Positions 40,258-48,609 of a stretch of DNA of 64,000 nucleotides are shown here, in pieces; position 1 is the stretch's first letter, and the number at the start of each line of letters is the position of its first letter. Source of the stretch: Chthoniobacter flavus (lineage in GTDB: Bacteria > Verrucomicrobiota > Verrucomicrobiia > Chthoniobacterales > JACTMZ01); the NCBI GenBank assembly GCA_945878135.1, contig CAMDUL010000012.1:15637-79636 (forward strand), written 5' to 3'. The position numbers and the translations under genes were made by a program. Below the pieces are notes generated by a model. It saw nothing but the letters and a program-made list of their open reading frames with translations. It did not search any database and was not told where the DNA came from.

Positions 40258-41481
40258 ATGGTGAGCACTCTCATCATGCGCGAGTTGTTGGCCCCGCTGC
40301 GATCCCCGGTCTACCGGTTCCTCTGGATCGCCTCGGTCGTGTCGAACCTCGGCACACTCATGCAGGCCGTGGCCGTGGCGTGGGTCATGACCTCGCTGAC
40401 CGTTTCGCCGCTGGTTATCTCGCTGGTCCCCGTGGCCACGCTCGCCCCCGTTTTTCTCTTCGGTCTGGCCGGCGGAACGCTGGCCGACACCGTCGACCGG
40501 CGCATTTTTCTCATCGGCACGCAGCTATGGATGATGCTTTGCGCGGTGGCTCTGGGCGTGCTGGTCTGGTCCGGACACGCCACCCCGGCCGGACTGCTCG
40601 CCGTGACCTTCGCGCTTGGCACCGGCGCCGCCCTCAATCTGCCCGCGTGGCAATCCCTGGTGCAGGACCTCGTGCCGCGCGACCGCGTGGCGTCCGCGGT
40701 GGCGCTCAACTCGATCAGCTTCAACACCGGACGCGTCCTCGGTCCCGTGACCGGCGGACTTCTCGTCGGATGGATCGGCGCCGCACCGGTCTTTTTTATC
40801 AACGCCTCGTCTTTCCTCGGCACCGTGCTGGTTCTCTCGTTCTGGTCCGGTGTCGCCCCCGCGCCGAACTCGGGTGGATTCTGGCGTTCGATCGGCGGCG
40901 GACTGCGTTACGCGCGCGAGGCCGTGCACTTGCACTCGCCTTTTCTCCGCCTCGCCGCTTTTTCCTTCGGCGCCAGCGCCCCGCTCGCGCTGTTGCCCTT
41001 GCTCGCCCGCGAAAACCTCGGACTCAGCGCCGCCGAATACGGCAGCCTGCTCGGCGTCTTCGGCATCGGTTCGCTGCTCGGCGGCGCGACCTCGCCCCTG
41101 CTGCGGCGCCGGGCCGGTCCGTCGAAAACGGTCAGCGCCTCCGCCCTCGTCGCGGGGATCGCGCTGGGCCTGCTCGGCAGCGCGCAAAGTTTTCCGTGGG
41201 CCGCCGCCGCGCTGCTCCTCGGTGGTTTTGCCTGGGTTTCCAGCATGGTCAACCTCAACGTCGCCGTGCAGACCTCCGTGCCCGCCGAATTCCGCGGACG
41301 CATCATCGCCATCTATCTCACCGTCTTGCAGGGCAGCTTTGCCCTCGGCTCGCTGACCGCCGGCCTGGTCGCCAAATGGACCGGCATCCCCGCCGCGTTG
41401 TGGATCTTCGGCGGAGGTCTCGCCCTCGTCGCGCTGGCCACCTTCCGCCACGCGCTCCCCGAGCACGCGACCCCGGCTTAA
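40258..41481 (+). CDS. MFS transporter (EntS/MFS_3-like)
   Basis: YRFLWIASVVSNLGTLMQAVAVAWVM...GGTLADTVDRR. 12 TM helices. Confidence 0.85.
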   Translation: MVSTLIMRELLAPLRSPVYRFLWIASVVSNLGTLMQAVAVAWVMTSLTVSPLVISLVPVATLAPVFLFGLAGGTLADTVDRRIFLIGTQLWMMLCAVALGVLVWSGHATPAGLLAVTFALGTGAALNLPAWQSLVQDLVPRDRVASAVALNSISFNTGRVLGPVTGGLLVGWIGAAPVFFINASSFLGTVLVLSFWSGVAPAPNSGGFWRSIGGGLRYAREAVHLHSPFLRLAAFSFGASAPLALLPLLARENLGLSAAEYGSLLGVFGIGSLLGGATSPLLRRRAGPSKTVSASALVAGIALGLLGSAQSFPWAAAALLLGGFAWVSSMVNLNVAVQTSVPAEFRGRIIAIYLTVLQGSFALGSLTAGLVAKWTGIPAALWIFGGGLALVALATFRHALPEHATPA

Positions 41482-41978
41482 TCCACCCGCAAACGGATCA
41501 CTTCTTCGGTCCCCGGCGCCGGCTTCGGCGCGTTCGGTCCGAAAAAATGCTCGTGCGTCAGCACCATCCCCGTGTGGTGCGCGGCCTGCAGGGTCCAGAG
41601 CATAAACAGGCTCGCCGCCACCGCGACGAGGCGCGCGAGCAAAGACACCCCCGGAATCAAATTGCTGAAAAACACCGCCGCGGCCGCCACCGCCGCAATC
41701 CACGAAGCCACGAGCATCAAATCCGACACACCTTTGTGTTCCTGCACCGCCGCCGCGGTCGACTCGCCGACGTAGCGGATGGCCGCCGCCTCCTCCACCC
41801 CCGTGCTGTGCGCCCAAGTCGCTCCCAGGGCTCCGAGCACCATGCAGAGGAAAGCCAAACGCACGATGTAACGGTTCGGCCACAGCAACGACAACGCAAT
41901 CGCCACCGCCCCCAGCAGCAAAAACGCCACCGGAAAATGCACCGCGAACGGATGGACCGGATCGGGCAAATGAAGCAT
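41478..41978 (-). CDS. DUF2231 membrane protein
   Basis: Start taken at ATG MLHLPDPVHPFAVHFPVAFLL (the ORF top at 42014 is a TTG). 4 TM helices. Confidence 0.6.
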   Translation of the reverse strand: MLHLPDPVHPFAVHFPVAFLLLGAVAIALSLLWPNRYIVRLAFLCMVLGALGATWAHSTGVEEAAAIRYVGESTAAAVQEHKGVSDLMLVASWIAAVAAAAVFFSNLIPGVSLLARLVAVAASLFMLWTLQAAHHTGMVLTHEHFFGPNAPKPAPGTEEVIRLRVD

Positions 41979-42010
41979 GCCCGCCAAGTTGCCCGTCCCG
42001 GCCCCGCCGA

Positions 42011-42472
42011 TCAAACTTTCCTCTTCAACGTCCGCGGCACGACCCGCAACCCCTCGGCCGACGCCACCTTCCGCTGACGCAGGTCATACGACACAAAATC
42101 CGCACTCCCGCTCTCCAACGCCGCCGCCACGTGAAGCAAATCCAGACTGCGCGTGCCGACCTGCGGCGAATGCTTTTCCGCCAGCACCGCCGCCCGCACG
42201 AAGACCTTCCGCAAATCCAGAAAGTCCGGTCGTCGCAACAACCCCGCACGCAAATCGCGGCGCAACGCTTCCAACACCTCGCGTTCCTGATCCAGTTCAA
42301 TCTCGCCGCGAAAACGCTTCAGGTAAACCGCATTGGGCACCTCCACCTCGTGCAGTGGGGTGTAAGCCAGCGGCCCACCCAACCCCCGCAACACACGGTC
42401 AGCCTCTGCCGAGTCGGGTTCGTCGAGGTAACTTTTGACGATGATCGAAGTGTCCGCGTAGGGGAGATTCAT
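42011..42472 (-). CDS. vapC: type II toxin, PIN-domain (VapC family)
   Basis: N-terminal acidic YADTSIIV, SLDLLHVAAAL and ADFVSYD. ATGA overlap with the upstream antitoxin. Confidence 0.8.
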   Translation of the reverse strand: MNLPYADTSIIVKSYLDEPDSAEADRVLRGLGGPLAYTPLHEVEVPNAVYLKRFRGEIELDQEREVLEALRRDLRAGLLRRPDFLDLRKVFVRAAVLAEKHSPQVGTRSLDLLHVAAALESGSADFVSYDLRQRKVASAEGLRVVPRTLKRKV

Positions 42473-42720
42473 GACTCGCCCCGGTCATAGTCCACAATGT
42501 CTTCAGCCGAAGTCGGACCGGAACCCTTCGGGAAGACCCGCTTCCGCCAAGTCGAACGATCCGGCCACTCGACGGTCTCTTCGCCCACCTTTAATGCCTC
42601 GGGCCGCAACCGCGCGAACTTCTTCCCGCGCTTGGTAATCTCCACCTCCTCGCCGGCTTCGATCCACCGCGCGATGCGCGCAAAGTTATTCCTCAGGTCC
42701 GCCACGGTTGCCGTCTTCAT
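42469..42720 (-). CDS. type II antitoxin, Phd/YefM family
   Basis: MKTATVADLRNNFARIARWIEAGEEVEITKRGK is the typical Phd/YefM N-terminus. The ORF extends to ATG 42738, but that ATG lies inside the palindrome. Confidence 0.75.
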   Translation of the reverse strand: MKTATVADLRNNFARIARWIEAGEEVEITKRGKKFARLRPEALKVGEETVEWPDRSTWRKRVFPKGSGPTSAEDIVDYDRGES

Positions 42721-42738
42721 GATAGATTTATCTATCAT
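42719..42738. promoter_or_regulatory. palindrome ATGATAGA-TTTA-TCTATCAT at the antitoxin start (candidate TA operator)
   Basis: Perfect 8-bp arms read directly from the DNA. It spans both candidate start codons of the antitoxin. Confidence 0.4.
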
Positions 42739-42804
42739 AAGATCTCCACCCGGTCAAACCTCTCCCCCGTCGACTCCGCGGCTCCTCGGGTTAAAATCCC
42801 CGCC

Positions 42805-44082
42805 ATGTTCGAAGACTTCCTGCAGAAATCCCTCGCCGAACTCGAGGCGCAGCATCGGCGGCGGCGATTGCGCGTCTCGGGCCTGGCCACCGGAGCGCTC
42901 GTGCGGTTCGGGGACAAAACCCTGCACAACTTCGCTTCGAACGACTACCTCGGCCTCGCCGCGCACCCGCAGGTCATCGCCGCCGCCGTTGAAGCGACAC
43001 GCGAATTCGGCGCCGGCACCGGCGCCTCCCGCCTCCTCACCGGCACGCAAACCCCGCACCATGACTTCGAGGAAAAGCTGGCCATCTTCAAAAACACCGC
43101 GGCCGCCCTCGTTTTCGCCAACGGCTATGCCGCCAGCACCGGCGCCTTGCAGGCGCTCGCCGGCAAAGACGATGTCGTCCTCCTTGACAAATTGTCCCAC
43201 GCCTGCCTCGTTGACGGCGCCCGCTTGAGCGGGGCCGTGCTGCGCCCCTTCCACCACAACGACACCGGACACCTCGAACACCATCTCCGCTGGGCCCGGG
43301 AAAAGTATCCGCAAGCCCGCATCTTCATCGTCACCGAATCGGTCTTCAGCATGGACGGCGACCTCGCCCCGCTGCGCGAGATCGTCGAACTGAAAGACAA
43401 ATACGGCGCCGTTCTTCTCCTCGACGACGCCCATGCCACTGGCGTCCTCGGTCGCGGGGGACGCGGACTCGCCGACCAACTCGGACTTTCCAACCGCATC
43501 GAAGTGCAAATGGGAACGCTGGGCAAAGCCCTCGGCAGCTCCGGAGGCTACATCGCCGGATCACGCGCACTCATCGACTTCCTCATCAACCGCGCCCGCA
43601 GCTTCGTCTTCTCCACCGCCGCACCCGCCTCGACCGCCGCCGCTGCTTCCGCCGCGCTCGACCTCAGCACCGGGGCCGAGGGCGACTGCCGCCGCGCCAA
43701 ACTCCGCGAGCTTGCGTCCCTTTTCCATCCCGTTCCACCCGCCGCCATCCACCCGATCATCATCGGACCGGAAGAAGACACTCTCCGCACCTCGAAGCAG
43801 ATGGCCCAACTCGGCTTCCACGTCCCGGCCATCCGTCCGCCCACCGTGCCGCAAGGCACCTCGCGACTGCGCGTCAGCCTGTCTGCCGTGCACGATCCCG
43901 AAACCGTCCGCGCCCTCGCCGGAGCCCTGCGCGCCGTTTCCGCACCGGAAGAACCGAAGACCGATAACCCGGACACCGTGTGCCCCGTCTGCGGCGCAGC
44001 CCTGATCTCGGAAAAATGCAAGGTCGTCTGCCGCAGTGCCACCTGCGGCTACCGCATCGTTTTCAATTGCTCCGAATTCTGA
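42805..44082 (+). CDS. bioF: 8-amino-7-oxononanoate synthase with C-terminal Cys-rich extension
   Basis: NFASNDYLGL...SRLLTG...ANGYAAS...TESVFSMDGD...DDAHATG...TLGKALG (PLP Lys). About 45 extra C-terminal aa: CPVCGAALISEKCKVVCRSATCGYRIVFNCSEF. Confidence 0.9.
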   Translation: MFEDFLQKSLAELEAQHRRRRLRVSGLATGALVRFGDKTLHNFASNDYLGLAAHPQVIAAAVEATREFGAGTGASRLLTGTQTPHHDFEEKLAIFKNTAAALVFANGYAASTGALQALAGKDDVVLLDKLSHACLVDGARLSGAVLRPFHHNDTGHLEHHLRWAREKYPQARIFIVTESVFSMDGDLAPLREIVELKDKYGAVLLLDDAHATGVLGRGGRGLADQLGLSNRIEVQMGTLGKALGSSGGYIAGSRALIDFLINRARSFVFSTAAPASTAAAASAALDLSTGAEGDCRRAKLRELASLFHPVPPAAIHPIIIGPEEDTLRTSKQMAQLGFHVPAIRPPTVPQGTSRLRVSLSAVHDPETVRALAGALRAVSAPEEPKTDNPDTVCPVCGAALISEKCKVVCRSATCGYRIVFNCSEF

Positions 44083-44102
44083 CCCGCCCAAAATCACCGC
44101 CC

Positions 44103-45938
44103 ATGTCATCCCGCACCGCCGAATCTGCCGTCAAACGTGTCCCCACCCGCGACGAAATCCCCGAGGCCGACCGCTGGGACCTAGCGCATCTCTATGCCAA
44201 CGACGCCGCATGGGAGCAAGAGTTCGCCGGTCTGCAGCAACGCTACCCGCAGATCGCGCAATTCCGCGGAAAACTCGCCGGATCCCCCGCCTCTCTCCTT
44301 GCGGCCCTCGAATTCGAAAAAAGCATCGACCAGCCGCTCGAACGTCTCGGCACCTATGCCAGCCTGCGCGTCAGCGAAAACGCCTCCGATCCCGCTTTCC
44401 TCGAACGCGAAGCGCGCCTGCAGAACCTCCACACCGAAATCGTCGAAAAATGCTCGTTCCTCAGCCCCGAGCTGATGGCCGTTCCGGATGAACAGTTCGC
44501 CGCGCTTGTCGCCGCGCCCCAACTCGCCACCTGGCGCACCGTCTTGGAACGACTCCGCCGCTTCAAACCGCACACCTTGAACGAGAACGAGGAACGCCTC
44601 CTCGCCATGAGTTCGCAACCGCTGGCCGGACACGAAGAGACCTTCTCCCAACTGACCAATGTCGACCTCAAATTCGGCCTCATCGCCGACAGCACCGGCC
44701 GGCAGGTCGAACTGAGCCAGAGCAGCTTCAGTTCTTTCCTCGTCAAACCGGACCGCGACCTGCGTCGCCGCGCCTTCCATCAATTCTACGAGGAATTCAC
44801 CGACCACAAATTCACCCTGGCCAGCACGCTGGCCAGCTCGGTCCGCACCGATGTCTTCCAGGCCAAGGCACGCAATTACCCGTCGGCCCGTGCCGCCGCC
44901 CTTTTCCGCAACGACATACCGCTCGCCGTCTACGACAACCTCGTATCCACCGTCCGCGCCAACCTCGCGCCCCTCCACCGTTACTACGAACTGCGCCGCC
45001 GCGCTCTCGGGATCGACCAGATCCATCACTACGACACCTACGTCCCGCTCGTCGCGCAGATCACCACGCACTTGACCTTCGACGAAGCCATCGACCACAC
45101 CATCGCCGCCACGGCCCCGCTCGGCGCGGAATACACACGCGAACTCGAGACCGGACTGCGCGGACGCTGGTGCGACCGCTACGAATCGAGGGGCAAACGC
45201 AGCGGCGCCTTCTCCAGCGGATGCTACGGGTCCCCGCCCTACATCCTGATGAATTACAAACCGGACGTCTTCGCCGACATGTTCACCCTCGCCCACGAGG
45301 CCGGACACTCCATGCACACCTGGTATGCGCAGCGGAACCAGACCTTCCAAGACCACCACTATCCGATCTTCCTCGCCGAGGTGGCGTCCACCTTCAACGA
45401 GGAACTCCTCACCCACCATCTGCTCGGCCAGACCACCGATCCGCAGATGAAAGCGTATCTGCTCAATCGTCAGATCGATGACCTGCGCGGCACGATCTAC
45501 CGGCAGACCATGTTCGCCGAATTCGAAAAAATCATCCACGAGCGCCAGGAGGCCGGCGAGGCCCTCACCCTCGACACCCTGACCAAGATCTACCGCGAAC
45601 TCCTCGTCGCCTATTTCGGCCCGGACTTCACCCTCGACCCGCAACTCGACCTCGAGTGCCTGCGCATCCCGCATTTCTACAGTGCGTTCTACGTCTACCA
45701 ATACGCCACCGGCATGAGTGCCGCCATCGCCCTCTCCCGCCAAGTCCTCGAAACCGGCGATTCAGGTCGCTACCTCGGTTTCCTCCAATCCGGCGGCAAA
45801 CAATACCCGATCGACACCTTGAAGGCTGCCGGCGTCGACATGACCTCCCCCGCCCCTGTCGAATCCGCCCTGCAACTCTTCGCCCAACGCGTCGACGAAC
45901 TTGCCCACTTGCTCAACCTCAACCTCGACGCCCGGTAG
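44103..45938 (+). CDS. pepF: oligoendopeptidase F (M3B)
   Basis: Start MSSRTAESAVKR. WDLAHLY..., zinc motif TLAHEAGHSMH, YQYATG. Confidence 0.9.
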   Translation: MSSRTAESAVKRVPTRDEIPEADRWDLAHLYANDAAWEQEFAGLQQRYPQIAQFRGKLAGSPASLLAALEFEKSIDQPLERLGTYASLRVSENASDPAFLEREARLQNLHTEIVEKCSFLSPELMAVPDEQFAALVAAPQLATWRTVLERLRRFKPHTLNENEERLLAMSSQPLAGHEETFSQLTNVDLKFGLIADSTGRQVELSQSSFSSFLVKPDRDLRRRAFHQFYEEFTDHKFTLASTLASSVRTDVFQAKARNYPSARAAALFRNDIPLAVYDNLVSTVRANLAPLHRYYELRRRALGIDQIHHYDTYVPLVAQITTHLTFDEAIDHTIAATAPLGAEYTRELETGLRGRWCDRYESRGKRSGAFSSGCYGSPPYILMNYKPDVFADMFTLAHEAGHSMHTWYAQRNQTFQDHHYPIFLAEVASTFNEELLTHHLLGQTTDPQMKAYLLNRQIDDLRGTIYRQTMFAEFEKIIHERQEAGEALTLDTLTKIYRELLVAYFGPDFTLDPQLDLECLRIPHFYSAFYVYQYATGMSAAIALSRQVLETGDSGRYLGFLQSGGKQYPIDTLKAAGVDMTSPAPVESALQLFAQRVDELAHLLNLNLDAR

Positions 45939-45959
45939 GGCCCGGTCGCTGCCGTCGCA

Positions 45960-47147
45960 ATGAAACGCGCCTTCCTCGACAAAATCCTCGCCCGCCTCCG
46001 CCGCATCCAGCCGGAGGAAGTCGAGGCCTTCTTCGTCGAACTGGCCCGGGACAAGCGCTTCCTCGAGACCATCTTCAACGCCATCCGCGAAGGCGTCATC
46101 GTCACCGACACCGCCGGAACGGTCATCTACATGAACGATGCGGCCGGCATGCTCTTCGGACTCGATCCCGCCGCCGCGCTCGGGCGACCGCTGGCCGACA
46201 ACATCAGCGGACTGCGTTGGAAAGAACTCGCCCAGGGACGCGACATCGTCACGCGCGACATCGAAGTTTTCCATCCCGCCCACCGCATCCTCAATTTCTA
46301 TGTCGTTCCGCTCCTCGCCGAGGACGATGACAAACCCGGGCACCGCCAGCACGCCGGCTACGCGCTGATCATGCGCGACTTCACCGAACGCCACCGCGAA
46401 GCACAGGAAACGCTCGAAAGCGAACGCATCGCCGCCCTGCAACTCCTCGCTGCCGGCGTGGCCCACGAAATCGGCAACCCCCTCAACTCCCTCACCATCC
46501 ACCTGCAACTTCTCGAACGCCGCCTGCGCAAACTTCCCGAAAGCCAACAGGACGGCCTTCTCCACCCCCTCGAAGTCGCGCAGGAAGAAATCAAACGCCT
46601 CGACAGCATCGTCACCCAATTCCTCCGCGCCATCCGCCCCGCCCCCTTGCAGCGCGCCCCGCACGACTTCAACTCGCTGGTCCGCGACGCCGCCGACTTC
46701 CTCGCCCCCGAACTCAAATCCCGCAACATCCTCCTCGAACTCGACCTCGCCCCCGGCCTCCCCGTGCTCGACGTCGACCAGGACCAGCTCAAGCAGGCTT
46801 TCTACAACATCGTCAAAAACGCCAGCGAAGCCATGAAGCAAGGCGGCCTCCTCAAGATCCGCACCGGCTCCGACGCCGACTGGATTAACGTCAGCTTCAC
46901 CGACACCGGCGGCGGCATGACCCAGGAAACCATGGCCCGCGTCTTCGAGCCCTACTTCACCACGAAAAAAAGCGGCAGCGGCCTCGGCCTGATGATCACC
47001 CAGCGCATCATCCGCGCCCACGGCGGCGAAGTCGTTTTGGAAAGCGACCCCGGCAAAGGCTTGCGTCTCACCCTGCGCCTCCCCCGCCACGACCGCCAAG
47101 TCCAAATGCTCCCCGGCACCCCGCTATCGCTCCCCGCGCCGCAATAG
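45960..47147 (+). CDS. cytoplasmic PAS sensor histidine kinase (NtrB/AtoS-like)
   Basis: PAS (IFNAIREGVIVTDTAGTVIYMNDAA), H-box AGVAHEIGNPLNS, N-box YNIVKNASEAM, G-boxes DTGGGM and GSGLGL. No response regulator is adjacent. Confidence 0.85.
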   Translation: MKRAFLDKILARLRRIQPEEVEAFFVELARDKRFLETIFNAIREGVIVTDTAGTVIYMNDAAGMLFGLDPAAALGRPLADNISGLRWKELAQGRDIVTRDIEVFHPAHRILNFYVVPLLAEDDDKPGHRQHAGYALIMRDFTERHREAQETLESERIAALQLLAAGVAHEIGNPLNSLTIHLQLLERRLRKLPESQQDGLLHPLEVAQEEIKRLDSIVTQFLRAIRPAPLQRAPHDFNSLVRDAADFLAPELKSRNILLELDLAPGLPVLDVDQDQLKQAFYNIVKNASEAMKQGGLLKIRTGSDADWINVSFTDTGGGMTQETMARVFEPYFTTKKSGSGLGLMITQRIIRAHGGEVVLESDPGKGLRLTLRLPRHDRQVQMLPGTPLSLPAPQ

Positions 47148-47187
47148 TCCCCATCGCGCCGGAACGGAGCGATCCACCTCTTCCTGT

Positions 47188-47279
47188 GGCATCGGCATCC
47201 TGCCGATGTTGTCTGGGCGCTTCATAGCCCAGAAACGCTTCTCTTAGCCAGGGGGCATGGGCGTCTCGCCCGTGTTGTC
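47188..47279. repeat. two copies of a 26-nt hairpin motif GGCAT(C/G)GGC(A/G)TC(C/T)(T/C)GCC(G/C)(A/G)TGTTGTC, 66 nt apart
   Basis: 47188-47213 is GGCATCGGCATCCTGCCGATGTTGTC. 47254-47279 is GGCATGGGCGTCTCGCCCGTGTTGTC. Each forms an 8-bp hairpin. Confidence 0.6.
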
Positions 47280-47311
47280 CCATTGAAAAACGCGCAGGAC
47301 GCCCAATTTTG

Positions 47312-47605
47312 TTAACTTCGCAGTTTTCGGGAAATCCACGACGGATCTCTGCGTAGATCCAACACCGCGCGGACCATAATCAGGTCGTCACGAACTTCAT
47401 AATAGACAGCATAGGGAAATCTTTCGGAGAGAAGTCGATATTTGCCAAAATGCTCTGCATGGATTCCCGCGTAGAGCAAAAGCGAATCGATGTCAGAATA
47501 AAGTGAATCGAGAAAATAGCCTCCAAGTCCCGCCTGCTGTTTCTCGTAAAAACGAAACCCTGCCCTTAAGTCCGCCAGGGCTGACGGCTGAATGAAAACT
47601 TTCAC
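47312..47605 (-). CDS. type II toxin, RelE/ParE family
   Basis: 97 aa, FRFYEKQQAGLG...FPYAVYYEVRDDLIMVRAVLDLRRDP. 4-nt overlap with the antitoxin. Visibly AT-richer than the surrounding DNA. Confidence 0.8.
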   Translation of the reverse strand: MKVFIQPSALADLRAGFRFYEKQQAGLGGYFLDSLYSDIDSLLLYAGIHAEHFGKYRLLSERFPYAVYYEVRDDLIMVRAVLDLRRDPSWISRKLRS

Positions 47606-47820
47606 TGAAGCTCTTCTCGGAGCTGTTTCTTGGCTGTCTCCCAGTCAATAAACGTCTCTTCTCCCGACTCGATCAACCGATCTCGTTCCGCCAGAACCTC
47701 TCCATGCCACTGGGGTGAAACTATTTCTTCGGCAGTCGTAGACAGATTTTGCCACAGTGCTTCCATGAGGCGCAGCTTGTCTGGCGTGGTCATCTCCCGA
47801 AGGTCAACCGTAGTGGCCAT
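47602..47820 (-). CDS. addiction-module antitoxin (Unstab_antitox / TIGR02574-like)
   Basis: 72 aa, MTTPDKLRLMEALWQNL...SPQWHGEVLAERDRLIESGEETFIDWETAKKQL. Confidence 0.8.
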   Translation of the reverse strand: MATTVDLREMTTPDKLRLMEALWQNLSTTAEEIVSPQWHGEVLAERDRLIESGEETFIDWETAKKQLREELQ

Positions 47821-47941
47821 CCTTGAAAAGTAGCAGCGAGGGCGGGGAACTCAATTTTTATTGCCAACGTCCGCCGCGAGTGACGCGGGGCAGCGTATTC
47901 ACTCCGTGGCGTGGTTGAGCAGTTCACGAAGAGTTTCCGTT

Positions 47942-48016
47942 GGTAGGGTCCGCTGGCCAGCGGACCGCTGCCTTTCTGATTAAAGCGTGTGGACGGCTGG
48001 GCCAGCCGTCCCTACC
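47942..48016. repeat. nested palindrome: GGTAGGG-[hairpin]-spacer-[hairpin]-CCCTACC
   Basis: GGTAGGG TCCGCTGG/CCAGCGGA ... GGACGGCTGG-G-CCAGCCGTCC CTACC. Two local 8-10-bp palindromes sit inside outer GTAGGG/CCCTAC arms. Confidence 0.65.
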
Positions 48017-48091
48017 ACAGGGGTTGAAAAGTCAAAAAACTTTTCGTGTTTGGTATCACTTTCCACCCGCTCATCGCCTTACCCACTCTGA

Positions 48092-48262
48092 TGTTCGTCT
48101 GGCGATGTGGAATTGCCCGACGGCGTCGCCCTCAAATTCGGCGGGCACGCCCGCGAATGGGGCTGGCCATACGCCTTCCCCGCGCCCGGATTTTCCGTCG
48201 ATCCGCGCACCGTGCAGGAACTGCTCGGACACTCCGATGTCAGCACCACCATGATTTATTGA
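48092..48262 (+). pseudogene. integron-integrase (IntI-like tyrosine recombinase) remnant, N-terminally truncated and internally deleted
   Basis: Frame 2 reads [50 protein letters not shown]. The first part matches the IntI-specific patch (IntI1: [22 protein letters not shown]...STDPRSG). The second part matches [23 protein letters not shown]. The RHH...HTLRHSFAT catalytic block between them is missing, and no start codon or N-terminal ~190 aa is present. Confidence 0.6.
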
Positions 48263-48609
48263 CTCGGGCCGCGCCGCGGCCTCTTGCCCTGCGGGTCCCG
48301 CAGGCGCGGGATCTGCCCCGAGCCCTCCCCGGGCTCCGGTGCTCCCACGTGCTCAACCGCCCCGGCCTGGCCGTGCGCAGTCCGTTGGACCGGTAGAGCT
48401 GCTTACCAAGCATGGTAAAACTCCAGGGTAGTCGCGGAAACTGAGAGTCGAAGCACCCAGCTTGTGCCCTCGACACAGCTCGCGGTCTTGCGCCCGAGAA
48501 GATGCCCGGTGAAAAGTCCCGTCCCCGCGCCCTGCCCACTACAGCCCATCGAGTGGCAATAAAAACCGCACAGCCTCGGGTTTCAGACCCAACGATTTAC
48601 CTCTCCCCT

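Noticed and set aside
41979-42014. Apparent translational coupling of the DUF2231 gene to vapC (ORF top at 42014 overlapping the vapC stop).
   Set aside because: The codon at 42014 is TTG, and the extension adds only MIGGAGTGNLAG. ATG 41978 gives a sensible N-terminus (MLHLPDPVHPF), so coupling is not supported.
47821-48091. The nested palindrome at 47942-48016 as an integron attC site.
   Set aside because: The outer arms are GGTAGGG/CCCTACC rather than the RYYYAAC/GTTRRRY core sites. Related copies occur at 50572 and 57613, far from any cassette context, so a REP/MITE-like family is the simpler reading. It is left as an open test for IntegronFinder.
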